Assembly (NCBI GenBank): GCA_963850905.1
Contig: CAWKMU010000003.1
Span: forward strand, 96,001 to 160,000
DNA: 64,000 nucleotides
Direction: 5' to 3'
From: an uncultured Gemmatimonadales bacterium
GTDB taxonomy: Bacteria > Gemmatimonadota > Gemmatimonadetes > Gemmatimonadales > Gemmatimonadaceae
The notes below the pieces were generated by a model. The model was not told the DNA's origin and did no database searches. It saw nothing but the letters and a program-made list of their open reading frames with translations. Shown in pieces: positions 41,095-50,542 of this stretch. A program made the position numbers and the translations under genes. Every line of letters begins with the position of its first letter. The first letter of the stretch is position 1.

Positions 41095-42914
41095 CGCAGT
41101 TCGTCGAGCGCCGACAGCACCGCCGCGCCGGGCCGATCATCCGGTGGTACTACACGCTCAAGTATGGCGCCTTCCGGAGTGAGCGCCGCCCGCGCGACGG
41201 GCGGCGCGGCCTGCTCGCGCTGCAGATCGACGCGCTGGCCTATGCCGATTTGCGTCGTGCGATCCGTCGCGGGTACTGTCCGACGATCACCCGACTGTTG
41301 CGCGAGCAGGGCTACACACTCCGGCGCTGGTTCTCGGGGCTCCCCTCCGCCACACCGTACTGCCAGGCCGGCATCTTCTACGGCGAGAACGCCGGCATCC
41401 CTGCCTTTCGGTTCTACGACAAGCTCCTGCGCCGCGTCATCACCTGCAATGCACCCGAGGGCGTGCAGTACATCCACGACCGGATCACGGCGCCCGGCGC
41501 GTTGGCGGGCGGGTCGAGTTACGTCAACCTGTTGGACGGTGACGCCCAAACCGTCGCGTTCACCGTCGCAACCCGACAACGCATGTCCGTCTACCGCAGG
41601 CTGGGCGGTACGCGCATGCTCCTGCTCATCGCCCTCCACCCCATCCGGATGCTCCGGATCGGCGTGGTTTCGGTCGTGGAGTGGCTGCGGGAAGAGTGGG
41701 AGCGAATGTGGGGTGAGCTGAGCGGTCGAGTGACTCACTCGGAAGGGATTTTTCCCTTCCTGCGCATCCTCAGCAACGTCGTCGTGCGCGAGCTCCAGAC
41801 GATGGCGATCCTGCTCGACCTCTACCTCGGCGTGCCCGTCATTTACAGCACCTTCATGCAGTACGACGAGCTCGCCCATCACTTCGGCCCGCGGAGCCGC
41901 CAGGCGCTCGCCGATCTCAAGCGAACGGACGCGAGAATCAAGGAGCTGTTGCGCATGGTGCGCGTCGCGGCCGGCCGCGGCTATGACGTCGTGATCCTGT
42001 CGGACCACGGGATGACGCCGGCCTTGAGCTATCGGGTTGCCTTTCGCGAGTCGTTGGGCACGACCGTCGCCAGCATCCTCGCCGGTGACACCACACGGCC
42101 TGGACGTCACTCGCTGCACACCGTCGCGAGCTTCGCCGAAGACAGCGAATACGCCGACGTGGGCGCCCAGGTCCTCGATGCGGCAGCGCTCGTCGCGCCG
42201 CCCGACTACGGACGCGTCCGTCATGCGCTGCGCCGCGCCCGTGACTGGATGCGCCAGCACTACGGGCTCCGCGAGATCATCCTCCCCGAGAAGTACCGCG
42301 TCGACATTCGAAACGCCGTCGTGGTGACCTACAGCTCCTGCCTCGCCCAGCTGTACTTCGCCGACGATGAACGCCCACTGACCCGCGCCGACGTCACGGG
42401 CGACCCGCGGCGTTCGCACCTCTACGCCAGGCTCCTCGGCCACCTGGGCATTGGCCTCATCGCCACGCGGATCGCCGATGGCGTGCACGTCGAGAGCCGG
42501 CGTGGCCGCGCGATCATTCGCTCGGGCCGACTCGACGTGACCGCGGGGACCAATCCGCTAGCGCCGTATGGCCAAGACGAGCGCACCGCGCGAGCGGTGG
42601 AGTCGTTGGTCCGCCAACCCAATGGCGGAGATCTCGTGCTGTTCGGCGCGTATGACGGCGATGAGATCGTGTCCTTCGACGATCAGGTTGGCGCCCACGG
42701 CTGCGTGGGAGGCGACCAGACCTTCCCGTTTCTCATTACCCCGCCCCAGCTCGACCTGTCGGGCGCCTCCATCGAAGACGCCCGGGACATTCACCGGGTC
42801 ATCATGGCGCGCTATGCCGTGCCGTCGCGCCCGGAAATGTCGTCTGCGAGTGGCCGTGCGGGAGGCGGTGGCGACTCGCGAGAAGTCGCATCCCGCTCCG
42901 GCGCCGCCGCGTGA
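41091..42914 (+). CDS. Alkaline phosphatase superfamily (type I phosphodiesterase-like) protein
   Basis: LQIDAL, LPSATPYCQAG, YDELAHHFGP, ILSDHG, GAHG. Confidence 0.85.
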   Translation: MTQFVERRQHRRAGPIIRWYYTLKYGAFRSERRPRDGRRGLLALQIDALAYADLRRAIRRGYCPTITRLLREQGYTLRRWFSGLPSATPYCQAGIFYGENAGIPAFRFYDKLLRRVITCNAPEGVQYIHDRITAPGALAGGSSYVNLLDGDAQTVAFTVATRQRMSVYRRLGGTRMLLLIALHPIRMLRIGVVSVVEWLREEWERMWGELSGRVTHSEGIFPFLRILSNVVVRELQTMAILLDLYLGVPVIYSTFMQYDELAHHFGPRSRQALADLKRTDARIKELLRMVRVAAGRGYDVVILSDHGMTPALSYRVAFRESLGTTVASILAGDTTRPGRHSLHTVASFAEDSEYADVGAQVLDAAALVAPPDYGRVRHALRRARDWMRQHYGLREIILPEKYRVDIRNAVVVTYSSCLAQLYFADDERPLTRADVTGDPRRSHLYARLLGHLGIGLIATRIADGVHVESRRGRAIIRSGRLDVTAGTNPLAPYGQDERTARAVESLVRQPNGGDLVLFGAYDGDEIVSFDDQVGAHGCVGGDQTFPFLITPPQLDLSGASIEDARDIHRVIMARYAVPSRPEMSSASGRAGGGGDSREVASRSGAAA

Positions 42915-43372
42915 GCGACCACATTGCCGTGGCCCACGATGGCGCGGAAGTCGGCCCCGCTCAGCCGATCGGGGTCTGACCACCCCTCTCCGCTCGCCAG
43001 CTGAAGCCCGACGCCGTCTGACCGACGCTGGACTCCGCGCACGACGGCAGCTACCGCATCGAGTGGCGCGTCGGCCTGCACGACGGTGTCCACCGCCCAC
43101 GCACCGCGGTCACGCCCCTTGCGAGTGTAGCGATAGGTAGCCGTATAGATCGCGTGGCGCGGCTCTGTTCGCGCAGCGTCGGCGACGCCATCCGCAGCGC
43201 TCGGAGCGCCGTCATCCACCGCAACGACTGCCACGGCACTCTCGAGAGGGCCCTGCCGCAGCGGCGGGAACAGGTACACCTCGATCACGCGCTCCGCCCC
43301 CAGTCGCTCGGCAATCGCTCGCAGGAACCGCTCCGCCGTTTCCGAGACGCGGGCCGCACCGAAGGCGCTCAC
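42812..43372 (-). CDS. Hypothetical protein
   Basis: GTG overlaps the upstream gene's TGA; globular-looking sequence (ETAERFLRAIAERL...EVYLFPPLRQG). Confidence 0.7.
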   Translation of the reverse strand: MSAFGAARVSETAERFLRAIAERLGAERVIEVYLFPPLRQGPLESAVAVVAVDDGAPSAADGVADAARTEPRHAIYTATYRYTRKGRDRGAWAVDTVVQADAPLDAVAAVVRGVQRRSDGVGLQLASGEGWSDPDRLSGADFRAIVGHGNVVAHAAAPERDATSRESPPPPARPLADDISGRDGTA

Positions 43373-44505
43373 CGAGCGAGCACCAGACCCGACGCGTTCA
43401 CGGGCGGCGACTCGCCGATGCCCCGCGCATCGAGCTCGCGCTCGACGTACAGACGGAGAATGTGCATGAAGTCCTGCGCGTTGGTGACGACGCCGAACGC
43501 CTGATGCGTCCCGCGGTCCTTCAGCTTGCTCACCACGAACTCCGACGAGTCGACGCACACCGTCGGCAGCTCGCGCAGCGACCCGTCGGGATTCGTCACG
43601 AACGCCGGCAGCATGTTGCCCGTGGCAATCGCATGCAGGGCCGTGGCGATCAGGAGCGCCATCGTCGCCTTCGTGGTGTGGCGCTTCATGGCGTCCTGGC
43701 CCGCGATCGCGTCAGTGATCACGTCGGGCAGGGGGCCATCGTCGCGAATCGATCCCGTCAACACGAACGGCACGCCATGCCGGACACACGCGTGCATGAT
43801 GCCACCAGTGATGATGCCTCGCCGAACCGCCTCGGCGATCGACCCCGCGGCGCGCACCTGATTGATGGCCCGCATGTGGAGACCGTGACCACCGACCGCG
43901 GCCTGCCCTGTGCCACTGACACCCAGGCTCGTGCCGAAGATCGACGCCTCGATGTCGTGTACGGCGACGGCGTTGCCGGCGAGCAACGCGGCCACGAATC
44001 CGTGCTCGATGAACCAGACCATGTCGGCCCGGGCTCTCGAGTGCACGAGCGCCGGCCCCGTGACCCAGATCGGATAGCCACCGCGTTCGCGCTCGTCGAT
44101 GAGCAGGCGAGCCATGATGGCATACTCGATCGGCTTCTCACGAGACACATCGCTCGTCATGAATTTGAATTCGCTCGGCCCCTCGGGGTCGAGGAACGCC
44201 GTCGCGTGCACGTAGATGCCTTCGCTGCCGTCTTCGGCCACCCCGACTGCGACGCGCTCGCCGGCCTTCACACGCCGACCCTCACGCACCCACAGGATGC
44301 CGCCAGAGTCTATGACGAGCGCCGAATCCATCCGGGGCTCCCGCGGCAGCCGCCACCCGCCGTCGAATTTGACGTACGTCGGCAGGTTGGTGGTCGAAAA
44401 GAAGCCGTCCGGCAGCACGCCGTCTGCCGGCGCGGGGACGAATGTCGCGTCGGGCGCGCTCGTGAAGCGCGGAGCGGTGAAATCAGGGGGTGAGAATCCA
44501 GTCAC
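43369..44505 (-). CDS. TIGR00300-like protein (ArgZ/AgrE C-terminal, ornithine cyclodeaminase-like)
   Basis: APADGVLPDGFFSTTN, RMD, FKFMTSDVSREK, AGNAVAVHDIE, GSIRDDGPLP, LHAIATGN, KLKDRG. Confidence 0.85.
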   Translation of the reverse strand: MTGFSPPDFTAPRFTSAPDATFVPAPADGVLPDGFFSTTNLPTYVKFDGGWRLPREPRMDSALVIDSGGILWVREGRRVKAGERVAVGVAEDGSEGIYVHATAFLDPEGPSEFKFMTSDVSREKPIEYAIMARLLIDERERGGYPIWVTGPALVHSRARADMVWFIEHGFVAALLAGNAVAVHDIEASIFGTSLGVSGTGQAAVGGHGLHMRAINQVRAAGSIAEAVRRGIITGGIMHACVRHGVPFVLTGSIRDDGPLPDVITDAIAGQDAMKRHTTKATMALLIATALHAIATGNMLPAFVTNPDGSLRELPTVCVDSSEFVVSKLKDRGTHQAFGVVTNAQDFMHILRLYVERELDARGIGESPPVNASGLVLAR

Positions 44506-44526
44506 AGGCGAAAAATGGCGGCCGCG

Positions 44527-46877
44527 TCAGAGGAGCGCCACAGGATCACGGTCCCATGCGATGCGCAGGCCGTGTGACGCGGGGATCGGAAAGCGCTGCA
44601 CGAAGTACTGGGCCAGTCGCGTGAGGCGCCCGGCGTGCTCGGCCTTGACGAGCATGTGCCAACGCCATCGCTGCTTGATCCGCTCGACCGGACATGGCGC
44701 CGGACCGATGATCTCGATGTCGCCGCCACCGTCCCGCGCCGCGAGGCGCCGCAGCCAATCCGCCCCTCGCGTAGCGAAGTCCGCAGTCGGCGCCTCCGCC
44801 AGTCCGCTGAACACGACGTTGGCGAGCCGGACCAGTGGCGGATAGGGCGGTTGTCGCCTGCCTGCGAGCTCCTCGGTGACGAAGCCCGCGTAGTCGTGCG
44901 AAACAGCGCACCGCACTGCATGGTGCCCGGGGACTCGCGTTTGGATGAACACCTGACCACCCTTGGGCCCCCGGCCCGCCCGCCCGGCGACCTGACAGAG
45001 AAGCTGGAAGCACCGCTCCGACGCGCGGAAGTCCGGGAGGTTGATCCCGACGTCGGCATCGATGACGCCCACGAGCGTCACGTTCGCGAAATCAAGTCCC
45101 TTGGCGATCATTTGGGTACCGAGCAGCATGTCGACCTCGCCGCGGCCGACTCGATCGAGGATGTCGGCATGGGCCCACTTGCCACTGGTGGTATCGATGT
45201 CCATCCGCGCCACCCGCGCAGTGGGGAACCGTTCGCTCAGCAATCGCTCGACTTGCTGAGTACCGAGTCCCCGGCGGCGCAGCACGGACTCGCCACACTG
45301 CTCGCATCGGGTCGTGATCGGAGCGTGATGCTGACAGTAGTGACACACCATCCGATCGGGGGACCGATGATATGTCAGGGTGATGGAGCAGTGCGGGCAG
45401 ACGGTCACTTCGCCGCACGCGGCGCATTGCACGAAGGCCGCGTAACCGCGTCGATTCAGGAGCAGGATGCTCTGTTCCCCCCGCGAGAGCGTCGTGCGCA
45501 ACGCGGTTTCGAGCGGCTCGCTGATCACCATCGTAAACGGATCCGGGGCCGGTGCCGTCGAATCGATGCCGATACCCGGACGCCGCCGCAGGTCGACAAC
45601 CGTCACCCGCGGCAGCGTCCCGCCGCCCACACGCTCCGGAAGTGACAGGTAGCGGTACTTGCCAGAGGTCGCGTTGACCCACGATTCGAGGCTCGGCGTT
45701 GCACTCCCCAGCACCGCCACCGCGCCCGCATGCCGAGCGCGCACGACCGCAAGCTCGCGCGCGTGGTAGCGCGGGGACTCCCCCTGCTTGTACGTGCTCT
45801 CGTGCTCCTCGTCGACGATGATCGCGCCGAGGTCGGGAAGCGGGGCAAAGACAGCCGAGCGCGCGCCTACCGCGATGCGCTTCGTGCCGGCCCGCAGCGC
45901 GAGCCACGCGTCGTACCGTTCGCCCTCGCTGAGCGCGCTGTGGAGCACGGCCACGCGATCACCGAAGACGGCACGAAACCGATCGACCGTCTGCGGTGTG
46001 AGGGCAATCTCCGGCACGAGCACGATCGCCGATTGCTGCCGTTCGTTCACGACCCGACGAAGCAGCTCGATGTACACGAGCGTCTTGCCACTGCCCGTCA
46101 CGCCGTGCAGCAGACAGACCTCGCCCGGTTGCGCGGCCATGAGCGCGCTGATCGCTGCCGCTTGCGCGGGCGTTGGCCGGTGGGCTGCGGGCGGCCCGAC
46201 CCGCCGTGCCGCGAAGGGATCGCGATCGAGTACCTCGTCGATCAGGCTGATCAGGCCTCGCGTCGTGCAGCGCCTGAACGACTGACGGCGCGCACTGCAC
46301 CTGCTCGATCAGGAGCTCGACCGACGTGCGACCGCCGACCGACTCGAGGTACTCATAGGCGGCGCGCTGCCGCGGCGCACGGGCGAAGAGCCGTTCCCGC
46401 TGGAGGAGCGATGGCACGTCGGTTCGGAGCTCAGCCACTCGCCGGGTCTTGCGCGACGGGTGAGGCGCTGCGGCTCCGGTGAGGGCTGCCGGCAGCGCGG
46501 CAGCGGACCGCGACGCCCAGGGGCACCGCGTAATAGTCAGCCATCCACTGGCACAGCGTCATGAGCGGCGCGTCCAGGACTGGCGTCGCGTCGGGAACGT
46601 CGAGAATCGGTTTTGGAGTTCCCCGCGCGGGCGGCGCGTCAGTCCCGCCGACGCAGATGCCTACGACGCGCCGCGAGCGGAAGGGGACCACAACCCGCGT
46701 CCCGGGCACCAACGGGTTTGCCGGCTCACCCTCGACCGCATATGTGAAGGTCTGGAACAGCGGCAGCGCCAGCGCGATCTCCACGAACCGCCGCGGTGGG
46801 TGGCCGACCCCGCCCTCACCCCCCAGCGTGGTCTCAGTCACCCCATCAGTGCTGTCCGCCCCCACAATCGACGCCAT
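44527..46877 (-). CDS. priA: Primosomal protein N' (at least 2 frameshifts, near 46500 and 46270)
   Basis: RVVVPF, WMADYY, GVTGSGKT, PEIALT, DEEHE, SATPS, two Zn knuckles, GTQMIAKGLDF, QVAGRAGR. Confidence 0.95.
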
Positions 46878-46923
46878 ATAAGGAAATATGGCGCTCCCGC
46901 AGGCCCCGAGGTTGGTCCCCTCT

Positions 46924-46944
46924 AACGTCCAACGTCTAACGCCC
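46924..46944 (+). repeat. Heptamer tandem repeat (AACGTCY)x3
   Basis: aacgtcc aacgtct aacgccc, the same family as 5700-5734. Confidence 0.75.
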
Positions 46945-46968
46945 CTTTGTCTCCTTTCTCCTTTCTCC

Positions 46969-48013
46969 TTACTCCTTTCTACGCGAAGCGTTAGCGCCCG
47001 TCTCCGTCAGGGGCTGGGAGCCGGAGGCGGTTTTCCGAGCCAGCCACGAGAGGCGCGACGCGGACGGGGATGCCACCTGGGCGAGGTAGGCGATCAGCGC
47101 ATCGGCGAGGTGTATACCCCGCTGGAACCGCTCGTCCGGAGACTTCGCCAGGCACTTCATGATCGACCGTCGCCAGAGCCGGCGGGGTGCGCGAATCGAC
47201 CACCTCGGGAGCCACCGGCGCCTCATGGACGTGCTTGTAGCCAACGGAGTACGAATCGGCGCCGTCGAACGGCGGGAACCCGAGCAGCATCTCGTACAAC
47301 ATCACGCCGACGCGTACAGGTCGCTCCGCCCATCGACCATGCGTCCCATCGCCTGCTCCGGCGACATGTAGTGCGGTGTCCCCATCGCGCGTCCGGTGCC
47401 TGTCAGTCGTCCGTGCCTGCGCGCGGTCGCGATCCCGAAGTCGGTGACGATCGCGTAGCCATCGTCATCGAAGAGGATGTTGTCCGGCTTGATGTCGCGG
47501 TGCACCACGCCGCGGCGGTGAGCGTAGTCCAGCGCGCACACCACCTGCGCAGCTGTCGACGCAGCGAAGTTCGGCGGCACCGTTCGCTCCCGGACCAGTC
47601 GGTCGGCCAGCGAGCCCCCGGCGAAAAAGGGCATCAGGAGATACACGATATCGTCGGTGGCGCCGTAGTCGACGATGGGACAGATGAAGGGATGAACGAG
47701 ATGGGCGGCAGCTTCCGCCTCGCGGCGGAATCGCTCTCGCATTTCCGTCTTCCTTCGCCAGCTGCGCGTGCAGGACTTTAATGACCAACGGTCGGCCCAG
47801 AGCCACGTGCTCGGCGTAGTAGACGTGCGCCATGCCCCCGCTGCCCAGTCGCCGGACGATGCGGTAGCGATTGCCAGTCACGCGTCGGAGTTGGGAGATC
47901 TCCGCGTCAGGCGGCTCGCTGGCGGTCGCGCTGAGAGATGGTAAGGCACTCGCGCAGCGTGTGCATTGGACTGCGACCGCCCGATTCCACGTGCCGCAGT
48001 CGGTACAGAACAG
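46969..48013 (-). CDS. Hanks-type Ser/Thr protein kinase with N-terminal zinc ribbon (about 3 frameshifts)
   Basis: FCTDCG...CTRC, LGSGGMAHVY, VIKVL, HRDIKPDN, DFGIA, GTPHYMSPEQ, SDLY. Probable CTG start 7 nt after GGAGGA. Confidence 0.88.
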
Positions 48014-48017
48014 AGCG

Positions 48018-48687
48018 TTATCCTCCGAACTCGAGGCGCACAAAATCGTAGGGCGGCCACGGACCACTGAGCGCGATATCGAGCCCGGACACCCGTCGCG
48101 CCGCAACGGCAACGGCCTCCGCGAAGTCGCGCCAGTGTGATCGCTCCACGAGGAACGACGCGCTGATATCGTCGACGTCACGTGTGGGCTCCGTCGGCCG
48201 CGGCACGAGCGACCAGGCCGCTGCATGGCCGCTGACTTCGTGGAAGACCTCGAACGCCCGGCCCTCCAACGGTGTCGGCTTCGCCGACGAGTGTGGATGG
48301 GCGCCGCGAGGCTCCGCCGGTCGCCCCGCGCATCGGACATGGACTCGTGCCTCGGCACGACCGTCGACATATCGCACGGCTTCCATGAGCGGAGCGTAGT
48401 GGAGCTCCAGCCAGCCCTTGAGCGTATCCAGTCGGCGAAAGACGACACCTGCGCGGGACCGGTACGACCGATCGGTGTGCGAACAGCGCGGTGACGACGG
48501 ACCGGTGCAGGTCGACGTCCGGTGGCTCCGGCCCCCGCCGGCCTGCGGTGACCTCGGTGACCGCTGCGGCAAGGTCCCGGTAACTCACGAGTCGCACGCC
48601 GGTTGGCAGTGCCTCGGGGGCGCCTGCAGCATGGTCCATGATGCCGTAGAGACGAATCGATGGACCGGGCCCGCGCGGACGCCTCAT
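48018..48687 (-). CDS. GvpL/GvpF family protein (frameshift near 48455)
   Basis: RLYGI, YRDLAAAV, HRSVV...VVP, ASFLVER and the C-terminal LSGPWPPYDFV typical of GvpL/F. Confidence 0.8.
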
Positions 48688-48696
48688 CCCGCCAAC

Positions 48697-49626
48697 TTAC
48701 AACATCGCGGCCAGGTGGGCGACGCACGCGGCGGCCGTCTGCTCGACCGCGTAGCCGCCCTCGAGCGCGCTCACCACACGCCCACCGCACCACACCCCGG
48801 CGCGTGCCACGACTTCGCGGGTCAAGGTATCGATGTCGTCGATCTCGAGCGTGAAGCCTCCAAGAGGATCGCCACGCAGCGAGTCGAAGCCCGCCGAGAT
48901 CAGCACAAGATCGGGTCGAAACGCAGCGGTCGCCCGGTCTACCCCCTGCAGGAACGCGTCGACGTAGCGCTGTGCCGGCAGATCGGCCGGCATCGGGATA
49001 TTCCATACGGTGTCTCGCGGCCCGCGGTCGTCTGCGGCGCCCGTGCCCGGGTACCAGGGCCACTGGTGCATCGACACGAAGTGGATACCGGGGTCGTCCT
49101 GGACGAGCGCCTGCGTTCCGTTCCCGTGATGGACGTCCCAATCGACGATCAACACCCGGTCGAGCCCCCGCCGGAGCCGTGCGTAGCGCGCCCCGACCGC
49201 GACATTGCCAAAGAGACAAAAGCCCATGGCCCGCCCCGCGAGCGCGTGGTGGCCAGGCGGTCGCACCGCGCAAACGCTGCGCACGGCACCACCGTCGATC
49301 GCCCGATCGATGCCGTCCAGCACGCAGCCGGCCGCCGCCGTCGCCGCCGCCCACGACCCGGGGCTCAGCACCGTGTCCGCGTCGAGGTGAACGAGCTCGC
49401 CGCCGCCGGCGAGATCCCGAATCTCCGCGACATAGGCCGCCGCGTGCGCGAGCTCGAGATCCGCCTCCGTCGCATGCCGTCCCTCGAGATGCTCCACCGC
49501 ATGGAACACATCCGGCCGGTCGCGCAACGCCCGCGGAATCGCCCGCAACCGCCCCACGTGCTCCGGATGCCCCCACCCGGTGTCGTGTCGCCCGCAATCC
49601 GAATGTGAAATGAACGCCGTCGCCAT
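48697..49626 (-). CDS. Zn-dependent histone deacetylase family protein
   Basis: HPE...RL, RPPGHHA, MGFCLF, DWDVHHGNGTQ, YPGTG, SAGFD...DPL, LEGGY. Confidence 0.95.
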   Translation of the reverse strand: MATAFISHSDCGRHDTGWGHPEHVGRLRAIPRALRDRPDVFHAVEHLEGRHATEADLELAHAAAYVAEIRDLAGGGELVHLDADTVLSPGSWAAATAAAGCVLDGIDRAIDGGAVRSVCAVRPPGHHALAGRAMGFCLFGNVAVGARYARLRRGLDRVLIVDWDVHHGNGTQALVQDDPGIHFVSMHQWPWYPGTGAADDRGPRDTVWNIPMPADLPAQRYVDAFLQGVDRATAAFRPDLVLISAGFDSLRGDPLGGFTLEIDDIDTLTREVVARAGVWCGGRVVSALEGGYAVEQTAAACVAHLAAML

Positions 49627-49689
49627 GCGTTGAATGATAGAGGACCGGCCTAAATCCTCACCGCCCGCATGGTGTCCGTGAATCGGCGG

Positions 49690-49846
49690 GTAGGGGCGAC
49701 GCATGCGGCGCCCTCCCATCGCACACGCGATCGCAGGGTTGCCCGCACGGTGTCGTCGACGGACCGGTAGGGGCGACGCATTGCGTCGCCCGTTGGTGTC
49801 GTTGGGGTTGTCGTTCTCTGACCCCTGACCCCTGACCCCTGACTCC
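49690..49846 (+). repeat. REP (49690-49714) followed by the right half of the composite element (REP 49767-49791 and TGACCCC array)
   Basis: gtaggggcgacgcatgcggcgccct ... gtaggggcgacgcattgcgtcgccc gttggtgtcgttggggttgtcgttctc (tgacccc)x3. Confidence 0.88.
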
Positions 49847-49858
49847 GCCGTTTGCCCC

Positions 49859-50218
49859 TTACGACCGCACGGGCCGTCGACGCCGAAACGTCAGCAGAAA
49901 GATCGAGCCATCCTTCGCACCGGCGTCCGACACGGTCGCGTCCTCGTCGCGCACCTCGATCCCGTTGAGCTTCATCACGAAGGCGTCGCTGTCGCCGAAG
50001 TCGGGATAGAGCACGTCGAGCGCACGCTGCTTGACCACACGGACCGGCGTCGTCGCGGGAGCCTCGATCCGCACGACATCCCACACTTCGGGCATCTGCA
50101 CGCGAAGCGTCAGGGTCGGCTCGCCGTCTTTCCCCAATTGGATCGTCGCCGGCTGCGACCGGAGTGTTCCGACAAACGGTCCCTGCTCGCTCGCCGCTGT
50201 GCCCGATCCGCCGCTCAT
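49859..50218 (-). CDS. Small protein with predicted ubiquitin-like beta-grasp fold
   Basis: LTLRVQ...VRIEAPATTPVRVVKQRAL...FVMKLNGIEVRDEDATVSDAGAKDGSIFLL resembles the ubiquitin/YukD pattern. No terminal GG. Confidence 0.65.
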   Translation of the reverse strand: MSGGSGTAASEQGPFVGTLRSQPATIQLGKDGEPTLTLRVQMPEVWDVVRIEAPATTPVRVVKQRALDVLYPDFGDSDAFVMKLNGIEVRDEDATVSDAGAKDGSIFLLTFRRRRPVRS

Positions 50219-50529
50219 ACGACGCCCTCGGCGGCACTCGGCCCCGAGGCCGGTGGCGGCAATGTCGTGAAGAATCGAGCCACTTGCTGATCGAAGAGGT
50301 ACGTCGATCCCGTCACAGTCGTGGCGCTCGTATCGGCAGCCACACCCACCACGATCTCCTCCCCACCCTGTCCTCGGAAGCTCACGTGCGTCGGACCCTC
50401 CTGCTCGAGAAACGCGGGATACAAACTGCTCCGACGCAGGAAGAATTGCTTCGCTGCCGACAGCACGGCGGCCGGTGCGAGGGACGTGCGCGTCCGGTGT
50501 AGCGATCGAATGGGAGGGGTGGGTGCCAT
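50215..50529 (-). CDS. Hypothetical protein (104 aa)
   Basis: ATGA overlap with the downstream gene; TAATTT lies 6 nt upstream of the ATG. Confidence 0.75.
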   Translation of the reverse strand: MAPTPPIRSLHRTRTSLAPAAVLSAAKQFFLRRSSLYPAFLEQEGPTHVSFRGQGGEEIVVGVAADTSATTVTGSTYLFDQQVARFFTTLPPPASGPSAAEGVV

Positions 50530-50542
50530 GCCGGAAAATTAA

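Noticed and set aside
44527..46877. priA, anmK, ggt and others as pseudogenes or programmed frameshifts
   Set aside because: No decay, no consistent slippery sites, and too many cases. Sequencing error is more parsimonious.
47465..49597. 710-aa ORF suggesting a deacetylase-GvpL-kinase fusion
   Set aside because: It is an off-frame read through the deacetylase and gvpL/F genes. Only about 48013-47745 is real kinase sequence.
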